From Acidimicrobiia bacterium (lineage in GTDB: Bacteria > Actinomycetota > Acidimicrobiia > Spongiisociales > ZC4RG35): a DNA stretch of 58,403 nucleotides. The DNA lies in contig JBHJOH010000053.1 in NCBI GenBank assembly GCA_050329955.1, positions 1 through 58,403 of the forward strand, written 5' to 3'. Positions 38,716-48,298 of the stretch are shown here, one piece after another (within the stretch, counting starts at the first letter, position 1; each line of letters opens with the position of its first letter). The notes beneath the pieces were generated by a model, which worked only from the letters and a program-made list of their open reading frames with translations, made no database searches and was not told the DNA's origin. The translations under genes and the position numbers were made by a program.

Positions 38716-38743
38716 CTACCCCGAAGAGCCGGAACCTCAAACC
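38716..38743 (-). promoter_or_regulatory. SigF/SigB-type promoter of katE
   Basis: GGTTT-N17-GGGTAG. Confidence 0.65.
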
Positions 38744-38867
38744 CACTCCTACCTCGATGCCCTGTGTTCGCAGCCACCCCTCCGGAGCGAACCACCACTG
38801 ACCGACGAGTTCCAGATTCACTCGGTGAAGCGACCAGCTCGGGTAGCCCGCCCCTCGACTCGTAATC

Positions 38868-38894
38868 GGTTTCCCATCTTGGACCGTTGGGTAG
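38868..38894 (+). promoter_or_regulatory. SigF/SigB-type promoter of the PRC-barrel gene
   Basis: GGTTT-N16-GGGTAG. Confidence 0.65.
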
Positions 38895-38934
38895 CGCACG
38901 GGTACATCCCACAAGCGACCGCAGGAGGACGCTC

Positions 38935-39303
38935 ATGTATGAGGACATGTGGACATATCGACAGGACGCCCACACGGAGTCGGTTACCGGCTCCGACGTC
39001 ATCGGCTACTCGGTCGAAGCCATCGACGGCTCGATCGGCAAGATCGACGAGGCGACCCACGACGCAGGCTCGAGCTACCTGGTGGTCGACACCGGGCCGT
39101 GGATCTTCGGCCGGAAGGTGATGCTTCCAGCCGGTGTCATCCGCTCAGTGGACTCGGCGAACGAGACGGTGTTCGTCAACCGGACCAGGGACGAGATCAA
39201 GGACTCCCCCGAGTTCGACGAGACCCGGCGCGAGGACACCGTGTTCCGCGATGAGCTGGGGACCTATTACGGACCTGAAGGCAGGGGTCATCGCTCCTGG
39301 TGA
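38935..39303 (+). CDS. PRC-barrel domain protein
   Basis: GYSVEAIDGSIGKID, YLVVDTGPWIFGRKVMLPAG, TRDEIKDSPEFD. AGGAGGA RBS. Confidence 0.88.
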   Translation: MYEDMWTYRQDAHTESVTGSDVIGYSVEAIDGSIGKIDEATHDAGSSYLVVDTGPWIFGRKVMLPAGVIRSVDSANETVFVNRTRDEIKDSPEFDETRREDTVFRDELGTYYGPEGRGHRSW

Positions 39304-39328
39304 TTCCGGGACTCGACCCGCCCTCACA

Positions 39329-39368
39329 GACCGAGGGGCCCCCACCGGGGCCCCTCGGTCTTTCGTGT
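39329..39368 (+). terminator. Intrinsic terminator
   Basis: GACCGAGGGGCCCC-CACC-GGGGCCCCTCGGTC followed by TTTCGTGT. Confidence 0.75.
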
Positions 39369-39471
39369 GCCGGCTTTTCGTGTGCCGGTTTTTCGTGGGC
39401 AGGCGCACTCTGTCGTCACTCATCCGGTTGAGTTGGCCCGCTCTCCGCTCATCGCCCGCCGCTCACCGATC

Positions 39472-40050
39472 TCACTGATCCTCGCGGCCCGATCGCCACG
39501 GGCGGAGATGGGGTGGCGTGGTCCGCCACAGCAGGAACACCGCCACCACCTCCACCAGGTGAATCAACTCGCCCAGCGGGCCCTGGTGTCCGGTGACCAC
39601 ATCGATGACGGCGGTCAGCACCGTGAGGCCGGTGACGGTGAACGCCAGCGCCAGCATCGCCTGGGACAGTCGCGACATCCAGCCTGCCACGAGGAGGCCC
39701 GCCCCGAAGCCGATCTGCCAGGTCGCCAGGTGACGGGCTGCGTGTGCTTCGGCATCGGTTCCGCCGAGGAAGGCCGGGGCACCCTCGGCCACGAACACCA
39801 TCGCCACCACCATCAATGCGCGCCGACTCCAGACACCCCGTAGCCAGTGGTCCTCGGCCGGGTCGAGCCGGTCGGCGGGTAACGGGAGGGGGGCGGCCTC
39901 GAAGGGGTTCGACGCCAGCGCGGGCGTGTTCGCCATCGCGTCGCACTCGTCGCAGGTGGCGAGGTGGGCGTCGACATCCGAGCGCGATCGCCTCGAGTTC
40001 TCGTCGTCGAGTGACGCCGAGACGTCTTCCCACCAGTCGCAGGTGTCCAT
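39472..40050 (-). CDS. zf-HC2 (ZAS) zinc-finger membrane protein, probable anti-sigma factor
   Basis: C...EDVSASLDDE...DAHLATCDEC (HxxxCxxC) followed by about 4 TM helices. Confidence 0.8.
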   Translation of the reverse strand: MDTCDWWEDVSASLDDENSRRSRSDVDAHLATCDECDAMANTPALASNPFEAAPLPLPADRLDPAEDHWLRGVWSRRALMVVAMVFVAEGAPAFLGGTDAEAHAARHLATWQIGFGAGLLVAGWMSRLSQAMLALAFTVTGLTVLTAVIDVVTGHQGPLGELIHLVEVVAVFLLWRTTPPHLRPWRSGREDQ

Positions 40051-40061
40051 GCCGAGCGCCC

Positions 40062-40892
40062 CTACGGTCTTCTCTCGGCATGACGGTACCGGTTGGACAG
40101 GCCGAGAGCGACCACGGCGAACACCACCGCACCAGTGAGCACGATCGCCGGGCCGCTGGAGACGTCCCGGTAGTACGACACGTACAGGCCGATCACCGCC
40201 GAGGCGACGCCGATCACGATCGAGGCCACCGTCAGGCGGCCGAAGGAGCCGAACACCAGCGAGGCAGTGGCGGCGGGAAGCAGCAGAGTCGCCGCCACCA
40301 ACAGCACTCCCAGCACCTGCAGAGCGGTGACCACGGCCAGGGCCAGCAGCAGGTTGAACAGCAGCTCCATCATCCCGGTGCGAACCCCGTGCGCCGCCGC
40401 CACCGCAGGGTTGTGGGTGGTGGCGAGCAGCTGCTTGTAGTTGGCGCCCAGCAGCAGCGCCGTCACCACCACCACCACTGCCACCAGGATCAGGTCCCCC
40501 TGGTTGACGCCGAGAATGTTGCCGAACAACAGGTTGGAGATGTTGAGACTGCGGTCGCGGTTCGCCGAGATCGCCGCCACCCCAGCGGCGAACATGGTCG
40601 CCGCCACGATGCCGATGGCGGTGTCGGCCGGGATGCCCCTCCTGCGGGTGACGTGGATGGCGAGAGCGGCCACGATCGTGGCCGCCGCCGCCCCGACGTA
40701 CAACCCGGCGCCGAGCACCAATCCCACTCCCACGCCGCCGAGGACGCTCTGGGAGAGGCCCTGGCCGATGTAGGCCATGCGGCGCACCATCACGAAGGGC
40801 CCCAGGGCGCCGGTGACGGCACCGATGAGGACCGCCGCCGCCAGCGCCCGCCCGAAGAAGTCGTAGGTGAACGGTTCGAGGACGATGTTCAT
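40062..40892 (-). CDS. Zn/Mn-type ABC transporter permease (ABC-3)
   Basis: RRMAYIGQGLSQ, DTAIGI, LLFGNILGV, QVLGVLLV. Confidence 0.9.
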   Translation of the reverse strand: MNIVLEPFTYDFFGRALAAAVLIGAVTGALGPFVMVRRMAYIGQGLSQSVLGGVGVGLVLGAGLYVGAAAATIVAALAIHVTRRRGIPADTAIGIVAATMFAAGVAAISANRDRSLNISNLLFGNILGVNQGDLILVAVVVVVTALLLGANYKQLLATTHNPAVAAAHGVRTGMMELLFNLLLALAVVTALQVLGVLLVAATLLLPAATASLVFGSFGRLTVASIVIGVASAVIGLYVSYYRDVSSGPAIVLTGAVVFAVVALGLSNRYRHAERRP

Positions 40893-41668
40893 GCCGGCCC
40901 GATCAGCGCGGCCGAGTCGACCACGACAGGCCGACCGTCGTGTTCGAACACCTGCATGTCGGCGTCGAACGTCTGTTTGAGGACCGATGGAGTCAACACC
41001 TCGAGCGGCCGCCCATCGGCCTGCACCGAGCGGTTGAGACAGACCACCCGGGGCAGGTGGGCGGCAACCCAGTTGAGGTCGTGGGTGGTGAGGACCACTG
41101 TCAACCCGCCGGCGACCAGCTCACCGACCACGCCCAGCATGTCGGCCCGTGTCTGGAGGTCGATGCCGCTGGTGGGTTCGTCGAGGAGCAACAGTGTCGG
41201 CTCGGCCACCAGGGCACGGGCGAACAGCACCCGTTGGAACTGCCCTCCCGACAACTCGTGCAGCCCACGCGAGGCGAGGTGGTCGATGCCGAGCCGTCCG
41301 AGAGCATGGTGGGCGGCGGCACGCTCCGCCCGCGAGAACCAGGGGACGCGGGCGCTGGAGGCGGCCGCCCCCAGCTCGACGGCGCCCCGCACGGTCAACG
41401 GGAAGGTCCGTTCGCTGGCATCGAGCTGGGGTACGTAACCGACCGCCGGGCGCTTGCGCTTCCCGATGGCGACGCCGTCACGGGTGATGGTTCCTTTGGT
41501 CGGCTCGATCTCCCCGAGAACGATGCGCAGCAGCGATGTCTTTCCCGCCCCCGACGGACCAACGATGCCCACGAACTCCCCGGGCTCGATCGTCAGGTCG
41601 ACATCGCGCAGCGCCCATGTCGAACCGTACGCAACGCCAACCCCGTCGAGCGCAAGGGCGGCCGTCAC
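40889..41668 (-). CDS. Zn/Mn-type ABC transporter ATP-binding protein
   Basis: GPSGAGKTS, VGYVPQ, LSGGQFQR, LLDEPT, TTHDL. Confidence 0.92.
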   Translation of the reverse strand: MTAALALDGVGVAYGSTWALRDVDLTIEPGEFVGIVGPSGAGKTSLLRIVLGEIEPTKGTITRDGVAIGKRKRPAVGYVPQLDASERTFPLTVRGAVELGAAASSARVPWFSRAERAAAHHALGRLGIDHLASRGLHELSGGQFQRVLFARALVAEPTLLLLDEPTSGIDLQTRADMLGVVGELVAGGLTVVLTTHDLNWVAAHLPRVVCLNRSVQADGRPLEVLTPSVLKQTFDADMQVFEHDGRPVVVDSAALIGPA

Positions 41669-42720
41669 GGCAGCGCTGGGTCGACGGTGTCGAGGATGGC
41701 GGGGTCGCCCCCGAGCGCACCGACGATGGTGCGAACGTTGGCGACCATCATCCCGATGTAGCTGTGCTCGGGCGCTCCGGGCTCGCCGGGCAGCCGGTCG
41801 TCGGAGAGATCGGCCACGTACTCGGCACCGGTCTCGGCGGCGATTACGTCGAGCACGTCGGAAGGGAAGACCTCACTCCCGAAGAACGCCGGCACCGCCG
41901 CGTCCCGTACCTGGTCGATGGTGTCACGCAACTCGGAGGCGGAGGGCTCGGAGAAGTCCACCGGCTGGATGGCGCCGATGACGGGGATGCCGTAGCGCCG
42001 ACCGAAGTACGACCAGCTGTCGTGGTACACGACGAGTTTGCGGTTGTCGACCGGGATGGTTTCCAGCGCTTCGGTGAAGGCGACATCCATCTCCTCGAGT
42101 GCCATCTGCAGTTCGGCGGCCCGGGTGTCGTACTCCTCGGCCCGGGCGGGGTCGAGGTCGATGAGGATGTCTTTGATGCGCCGTACGTAGGCGATGGCGT
42201 ACACCGGATCCGGCCAGAGGTGGGCATTGAAGGTATGGGCATGACCGTGGGCGGCGATCTGTTCGGCTGTTTCGTTCGAAATGAGCTCGGACTCGGCGAT
42301 TGCATCGCTGAGCTGAAGATGTGGTGTCCCCTCCGGGTAGTTGGTGGCAGCGAACTCCGACACCACCGCATTGAGATCCATCCCGTTTTCGATATAGACA
42401 TCGGCATCGGCGAGGGTACGGGCATCCTCGGGCCGGGGCTCGTAGGTGTGACCGTCGGCGCCGAGCGGTACCACGCTTGCCACCGCGATCTCGGGACCGC
42501 CCACCCGGCTCACCAGGTCTGCGATCGGCGGATCGGACACCACGACGTTGAGCCTGGTCTCGGTCGTGACAGTGGCGGCGTTTGTGGTCGCGCTCGCAGT
42601 GTCAGCCGTTGCCTCTGCTCCCGAGCCGCAGGCGCCGAGAAGCACCGAAGCGGTGGCGATTGCGGCGAGAGCTCGAACCGGTCGATGGACGCGATGGGAG
42701 TTCCCCGTTGTGGTTTGCAT
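41665..42720 (-). CDS. Zn/Mn-type ABC substrate-binding lipoprotein (ZnuA/TroA-like)
   Basis: Lipobox LGAC, DGHTYEP, HGHAH loop, NAHLWPDP, YHDSWSYF. Confidence 0.9.
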   Translation of the reverse strand: MQTTTGNSHRVHRPVRALAAIATASVLLGACGSGAEATADTASATTNAATVTTETRLNVVVSDPPIADLVSRVGGPEIAVASVVPLGADGHTYEPRPEDARTLADADVYIENGMDLNAVVSEFAATNYPEGTPHLQLSDAIAESELISNETAEQIAAHGHAHTFNAHLWPDPVYAIAYVRRIKDILIDLDPARAEEYDTRAAELQMALEEMDVAFTEALETIPVDNRKLVVYHDSWSYFGRRYGIPVIGAIQPVDFSEPSASELRDTIDQVRDAAVPAFFGSEVFPSDVLDVIAAETGAEYVADLSDDRLPGEPGAPEHSYIGMMVANVRTIVGALGGDPAILDTVDPALP

Positions 42721-42813
42721 GTCTCATGTGTCCGTCTTCAAAGCGGATTAGTTCCATCCGATCTCAGACTTGGCGTTTTGGCCTACCCGGCCGAGCAGGC
42801 CAAGATCGGTGTA

Positions 42814-43341
42814 ATGACAGACGCCGCCACCCGTGCGTTGCTGGCCGCCCAGGATGGCGACCCGGCGGGATTCGAGCGTTTCGTACAGCTCACCCTGCTC
42901 GACGTGACCCGATACTGCCGGTAGCTCGGCAGCAGCGACACCTACGAGGATCTCGTCCAGGACACCTACCTGCGGGCGTTGCGGAGCCTCGCCGGCTACC
43001 GCCACGAGAGCCCGGCGCTCCGATGGCTGCTCACCATCGCCCGGCGTTCCTGCGTCGACGCCATCGAGCAGCGGCGACGAGCGAACCGGACTGCGCTGAC
43101 GCCACCAGCGTCACACGACCACGCCGCCGCCACCAATCTGACGTTGCTGCTCGACTCGCTGACAGACGAGCAGCGAACCGCCTTCGTCCTCACCCAACTC
43201 CTCGGCTACGGCTACGAGGAAGCCGCCGAACTGTGCGAGTGCCCGGTGGGGACAATCAGGTCTCGGGTGGCCCGAGCCCGCGCCGCCCTGTACGGACAGG
43301 TCAACGCGGCCGACAGCAGGAGACCACGCTCCACGGCGTGA
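42814..43341 (+). pseudogene. SigC-like ECF sigma factor with in-frame TAG at codon 37
   Basis: MTDAATRALLAAQDGD...YCR*LGSSDTYEDLVQDTYLRA...WLLTIARR...AFVLTQLLGYGYEEAAELCECPVGTIRSRVARAR; TAG at 42922-42924. Confidence 0.85.
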
Positions 43342-43716
43342 CTCCGAGCGAAGCGACTGCGGAGGCGCAGGTACAAGCGACGACTGCGACAAACGCGTCA
43401 CCTGCACCTGCTCTCGACCGGATGTCGGCCGAGGCCGGGTGACGAGACCTCGACATCGAGAGCCGCATCGTCGATGCCAACGCCGCCAACGCCTTCGGCG
43501 CCGACGCGTTCGACCTGGGAGATCCTCGTCCACGAGAGGCGAGCTCGCCCCAAGGGGTCCGCCACCGACGGCCATCAGGTCGACGACGTGTGGTCCTCCG
43601 GGCGAGAAGGGTCGCCTGAGCGGCCTGCAAAGCGCCGCTTGCGACTGCGCGAACCCACCGACGACTCTGGTGACGGCCGTTCGATCGTCGCAGTGTGGAG
43701 GCGAAAGGAGGTCGGT

Positions 43717-44508
43717 ATGCGACAGATACTCGCTGTTGCACTGGCCACTGCACTGGCGGCCTGCGGTACGGGCACCGGACTCGATGCCGGCGCCGCCCCG
43801 CCGATCAGCGCTCCGGAACCGATCGTCGAACAGCTCGTGCCCACCACGACGGAACCCACGGTCATCGTCGATGAACCCGGTGGCCCACCCAGCATCACCG
43901 TCGGGGGCAAGGGATCGGCCTTCGACACGCCCGACAGATGTGTGGTGACACTCGGGATCAGCACCAGGCGCTCGACGGTCGCCAAGGCCGGCAACGCCGC
44001 CGCCCACTCCGCCCGGGCGCTGGTGGGAACCCTGACGGCGGCCGGTGTCGCCGAGTCGGACATCCAGATGTCCGAGTTCAACATCTACCCGTACTACGGC
44101 ACCACCTGGGAGGAGAGCACCCAGCTCGAGGGCTACCAGGCCGACTTCGGCTACCGGGTGGTCCTCACCGACACCGAGTCGGTTGGTGAGATCCTGGGAA
44201 CAGCTATCGAGTCGGGCGGTGACGACGCCCGTGCGTGGGGCATCTCGTTCGAGACCGATCCCGACGGACTCATCGACATTGCACGCCTCGAGGCGTGGAA
44301 GGACGCCGCCTCGAGGGCGGCGGCGCTCTCGGAGCTCATCGGCAAGCCACTCGGTGAGGTCCTCGATGTGCACGAGAAGGTGATGATGACCACCCCGAGC
44401 GGTATGTCGCAGGGCGGCCAAGGCGACGCCGCACCGTTCGACATCCCCGTTGCTCCGGGCGTCGCAGGCGTGATCGTGCTGCTCACGGTGACCTACGAGC
44501 TGGCGTGA
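43717..44508 (+). CDS. SIMPL (DUF541) domain lipoprotein
   Basis: AAAGGAGG RBS, lipobox LAAC, ITVGGKG...PD, GVAESDIQ, A..DA..RA..L, IPVAPG. Confidence 0.85.
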   Translation: MRQILAVALATALAACGTGTGLDAGAAPPISAPEPIVEQLVPTTTEPTVIVDEPGGPPSITVGGKGSAFDTPDRCVVTLGISTRRSTVAKAGNAAAHSARALVGTLTAAGVAESDIQMSEFNIYPYYGTTWEESTQLEGYQADFGYRVVLTDTESVGEILGTAIESGGDDARAWGISFETDPDGLIDIARLEAWKDAASRAAALSELIGKPLGEVLDVHEKVMMTTPSGMSQGGQGDAAPFDIPVAPGVAGVIVLLTVTYELA

Positions 44509-44573
44509 GGATCGTCGGGCACCCTTCGGGCGGGCCCGTCATCCCGTCAGGTGGCGTGGAGGTTCCTGGCGGT

Positions 44574-45188
44574 TCACCCGTCCCGCACGTCCCAGCGCAT
44601 GCTGTGGATCAGGAGACCGGCGGCGTCGTGAACTCCTGTGAGCCGGAACCCCCAGTTCTCGTACATGGCGACGTTGGCTGCGTTCTCGGTGTCGAGGGCA
44701 ACGCCAATCGATCGGGGGTGCGTCCGGGCCAACCCCGTCACCTCCTCGACGAGCCGACGCCCGTGTCCGGCTCCTCGATGGGCAGCCGAAACCCCGATCA
44801 TGGTGAGGTAGTGGTGCGGCCCGACAGGAGCGGCGCTTCGGGCCACCCGCATGTAAATGTTGAGCGTCGAGCTGGTGCTGAGGGGAAGCCGAACCGCCAC
44901 CGTGAGAAACATCGCCGCCGCCGCCACCATTCGCACCGGCCCACCAACTCCCCGGGGCGGCTCGACCAGGGCCGCCCCTGCCAGCCGGTCGTCGACGAAC
45001 AGACCCAACCGGGCCCCGCCGAGCACGCGGGTGGCACCGAACAGGTAACGGACCAGGGCCCGGCCGTGCTCGACGCGCCCCAGTACGTCCGTGAACAACG
45101 GGTCGGCGGCGAAGGCCGCTGCCACGACGTCGACGAAGGCGTCACGGTCACCGCGGCCGAGCTCCCGAATCACCACCTGACCCATCAT
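44574..45188 (-). CDS. GNAT family N-acetyltransferase
   Basis: HYLTMIGVSAAHRGAGHG, LDTENAANVAMYENWGF. Confidence 0.85.
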   Translation of the reverse strand: MMGQVVIRELGRGDRDAFVDVVAAAFAADPLFTDVLGRVEHGRALVRYLFGATRVLGGARLGLFVDDRLAGAALVEPPRGVGGPVRMVAAAAMFLTVAVRLPLSTSSTLNIYMRVARSAAPVGPHHYLTMIGVSAAHRGAGHGRRLVEEVTGLARTHPRSIGVALDTENAANVAMYENWGFRLTGVHDAAGLLIHSMRWDVRDG

Positions 45189-45745
45189 CGGACCTCCTGT
45201 CCAGCGTCGCGGTAGTGGTCGACCGCGAAGGCGTACGTGACCTTCACCATGAACAAGGCAGCAACCGACGCCATCAACAGACCGAGGTCGGGTGTGAGGG
45301 CGATCACCACCAGGACGCCGAGCGCCAGCGCCACGCCACCCACCATGGCCTGAAGCGGGGAGCGCTGCAATCGGTTCACCAGCAGCGCCGAGAGAATCGA
45401 GTAGGCCCACACGAGGGCGGCTGGGCCGAGCGGGCCGGCGAGCAGCCAGGCGATGGCGAGCAGGTGCACGTGGACGGCGATGAACACCAGCCGTTTGCGC
45501 GACCGCAGGGCGTAGTAGCGGCTCGTGCCGCGGGTGAGGTTGGCGACGCTTCCGGCCACCACGTCGAGGATGAGGAGGGCAGCGAGCACTGCTCGCCACA
45601 CCGCAACCTCGGACAGCGCCTGTCGACCGGCCGTCAGCAGCACGGCCGTCACCCCGATGCCGAAGGCGGCAACGATCACCAACTCGCGCCGCGTCTGGTG
45701 CTCGCCGAAGACGTCGTACAGCGACCCGGGCATGCGCACCGTCAC
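45185..45745 (-). CDS. Hypothetical membrane protein
   Basis: Multiple TM segments; overlaps both neighbours. Start 45745 or 45733. Confidence 0.7.
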   Translation of the reverse strand: MTVRMPGSLYDVFGEHQTRRELVIVAAFGIGVTAVLLTAGRQALSEVAVWRAVLAALLILDVVAGSVANLTRGTSRYYALRSRKRLVFIAVHVHLLAIAWLLAGPLGPAALVWAYSILSALLVNRLQRSPLQAMVGGVALALGVLVVIALTPDLGLLMASVAALFMVKVTYAFAVDHYRDAGQEVR

Positions 45746-46302
45746 TACGACCACATCCCGGCGAGCAGCTTCCACGCCACGTCAGGGTTCGCCGACTCAC
45801 CCCGGGCGAGCGCATCGACCACCCACCGGTCGGCGGCATGGATGACCGAAGCGGTGGCGATCACCAGCAGCTCGGAGTCGAGGTCAGACCGGATCACCCC
45901 GAGCCGCCGCCCATCGGCGACCATCGCCCGGACCCACGAGTGGCTGCCGTGTGCCACCACCTCCTCGTACCAGCGCCCCATTACCGCCGCGTCGCTCGGA
46001 TGCGCCATCAGGTGGCCGGCCAGTCGATCTCCGTCGGCGCGCAGCCGGACCCAGAACTCATCGGCGCCCTCCGCCGGGCTCCAGGGGCCGAGCACCCCGG
46101 CGAGGTCGGCCGCCAGGTCCCGGAGCACCTCGTCGACCAGGTCCTGTTTCCCGTCGAAATACAGGTAGGCGCTGGTCTTGGAGATCCCAGCGGCGGCGAT
46201 GATCTGGTTGTAGGACGCTTCCTGGGCCAGCTCACGCCGGGCCACGTCGAGGATGTGACGACGCTGGTCTTCGGGAAGTCGGGTGAAGCGCGGCAATGGC
46301 AT
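45745..46302 (-). CDS. TetR family transcriptional regulator
   Basis: ASYNQIIAAAGISKTSAYLYFDGKQDL HTH. Confidence 0.88.
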   Translation of the reverse strand: MPLPRFTRLPEDQRRHILDVARRELAQEASYNQIIAAAGISKTSAYLYFDGKQDLVDEVLRDLAADLAGVLGPWSPAEGADEFWVRLRADGDRLAGHLMAHPSDAAVMGRWYEEVVAHGSHSWVRAMVADGRRLGVIRSDLDSELLVIATASVIHAADRWVVDALARGESANPDVAWKLLAGMWS

Positions 46303-46316
46303 GTACCAATGGTACA
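46302..46316. promoter_or_regulatory. Palindrome at the TetR start, probable operator
   Basis: TGTACCA-A-TGGTACA abutting the ATG. Confidence 0.6.
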
Positions 46317-46403
46317 CACCACTGGTACCTAAAGCTGCGTCAGAGAGCAGAAACTGCGCACCCACCCCGGGATGCGGGGGCCAGGTGCACAACATCGGGT
46401 GGG

Positions 46404-47057
46404 TCAGTCTTCGGCGGGGGTGAGAAGCTTACGTTCGTAGGCTGCCGCCACCGCCGCAGCGCGGTCGTTCACGCCGAGCTTGGCGTAGAGATGCAGGAGA
46501 TGCGTCTTGACCGTGGCCTCCGAGATGAACAAATGCTCGGCGGCCGCCTTGTTCGTCGCTCCCCGGGCGATGAGTTCGAGAATCTCGTGCTCGCGTTCGC
46601 TCAGCGCGGTCCGGCTGGGCCGCCGCACGTTCCCGATCAGCCGGGACAGGACCGGGGGCGACATCACCGATTGACCCCGGGCGGCGGAACGAACAGCCCT
46701 GATGAGCTCGTCACTCGGGGCGTCCTTCAGCATGTAGCCAGTGGCTCCTGCTTCGATCGCCGGCAGCACGTCGTTGTCGGAGTCGTAGGTGGTGAGCACC
46801 AGCACGTGGGCGCTCAGGCCTCGCCGCTTCATCTCCTGGATGGCGTTGACACCGTCTTCCTCGGGCATACGCAGGTCCATGAGGACGACGTCGGGTTCGA
46901 GTGCGGCGGCTCGCGCAACCGCTTCACGGCCGTTCGCCGCCTCTCCGATCACCTCGATGTCGGGACGTCCGGCGAACATGCCCCGAAGCCCGTCGCGGAC
47001 CACGGGGTGATCGTCGACGATCAGCACTCGAATCTTCCGATCGGAATCCTCAGTCAC
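46404..47057 (-). CDS. NarL/LuxR family response regulator
   Basis: VDDHPVVR, LMDLRMP, VLTTYD, GYMLKD, LFISEATVKTHL. Confidence 0.93.
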   Translation of the reverse strand: MTEDSDRKIRVLIVDDHPVVRDGLRGMFAGRPDIEVIGEAANGREAVARAAALEPDVVLMDLRMPEEDGVNAIQEMKRRGLSAHVLVLTTYDSDNDVLPAIEAGATGYMLKDAPSDELIRAVRSAARGQSVMSPPVLSRLIGNVRRPSRTALSEREHEILELIARGATNKAAAEHLFISEATVKTHLLHLYAKLGVNDRAAAVAAAYERKLLTPAED

Positions 47058-48294
47058 CTGGGCCCTCGTCCTCGGGCGTGGCAATGATCGCAGAGATGGC
47101 GGTTCCGACGCCGGGTTCGGATTCGATGCCGAACGTCCCGCCCACATGTTCGACCCGTTGGCGCATCACACCGAGGCCGAAGCCACCGACGCTCGGGCGG
47201 GGCTGGAAGCCGATCCCGTCATCGCGCACGTCGAGTGAGACCGCCTCATCCATGAACGACAACGTCAGCATCGTGCGGGATGCCGCGGCGTGTTTGCCAA
47301 CGTTGGCCAACGCTTCCTGGGCGACCCGCAGCAGCGTGACCTCGATATCGGGATCCAGGTGGCGAACCGTCCCCGTCGTCGCCACCCGCGCCTCGACCCC
47401 GGAGGCAGCCGACCACCCTTCGGCCAGGTGGGCGATCGCTTCCGGCAGACGGCTGTCCTCCAGGTATGTCGGGGTGAGGGCCTTCACCGACTTCCGGGCT
47501 TCTGAAAGGCTCTCGCGGGCGAGGCTGGCGGCGATGTCGATATGTCGATCGGAGAGGGTCTGATCGTCTGTCTGACGGGCCGCTTCGAGCTGGGTGATCA
47601 CGCCCGTCAACCCCTGAGCGATCGTGTCGTGGATCTCGCCCGCCATCCGGTGGCGTTCGTCGAGGATGCCGGCCTCCCTCGCCTGGGCGATCAGTTGGGC
47701 ATGGAGCCCGGCGTTCTCGCTGGTCGCGTCCTGGAGTTCGACCAACGCCCGCCGACGCTCCTCGGCCAGTTCGGAGACCTTCTCCCCGCCCATGACGCCG
47801 AACCCGATCGCCAGCGTCTGGATGACAACCACGAGTCCGAAGAACCAGGTCGCTTCCGGGTCCGGATCGCCTCGCACGATCATCGAGTTCACCAGCAGCG
47901 ACGTGGCCGCCACGCCGACAAACGCCACCGGCCACGGCCTGATGGCGAAGGCGTGGAAGAACCCGCTGATCACGTAGACGAAGAAGATCGGGTCGTGCCA
48001 CATCATCAGGGCGGCCAGCGCGATGAACCCGACGAAGTAGACGTTGATCTGCCATCGGGGTGTACCGGACGTCGGGCCCGGTCGTGTGAACATCGCCCAG
48101 GTCCAGACGAAGGCGGCCGCGGCGAGGCCGAACGCCATCGCCTTGTGCTCCAAGGTCCGTTCCGAGATCAGGATGATCCCGGTGGATATGGGCAGCAGGA
48201 CGTAGGAGATGAGGCGCACACCGCGTTCCATCCACCGTTCCCAGTTGCTGGTGGCTGTCAGCAGTGCGGGCGGATCGGTGGAGATCGAACTCAT
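47050..48294 (-). CDS. HisKA_3 membrane sensor kinase
   Basis: ERHRMAGEIHDTIAQGL, QEALANVGKHA, DDGIGF, FGLGVMRQRV. Confidence 0.92.
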   Translation of the reverse strand: MSSISTDPPALLTATSNWERWMERGVRLISYVLLPISTGIILISERTLEHKAMAFGLAAAAFVWTWAMFTRPGPTSGTPRWQINVYFVGFIALAALMMWHDPIFFVYVISGFFHAFAIRPWPVAFVGVAATSLLVNSMIVRGDPDPEATWFFGLVVVIQTLAIGFGVMGGEKVSELAEERRRALVELQDATSENAGLHAQLIAQAREAGILDERHRMAGEIHDTIAQGLTGVITQLEAARQTDDQTLSDRHIDIAASLARESLSEARKSVKALTPTYLEDSRLPEAIAHLAEGWSAASGVEARVATTGTVRHLDPDIEVTLLRVAQEALANVGKHAAASRTMLTLSFMDEAVSLDVRDDGIGFQPRPSVGGFGLGVMRQRVEHVGGTFGIESEPGVGTAISAIIATPEDEGPGD

Positions 48295-48298
48295 GGCG

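Noticed and set aside
42814-43341. Genome-wide TAG recoding or pyrrolysine
   Set aside because: Several genes here end normally at TAG (6892, 20553, 27875, 40062, 45745), and no pyl genes are in the window.
43342-43716. Possible gene in the gap after the sigma factor
   Set aside because: No frame has a clear start, consistent codon bias and a recognisable motif.
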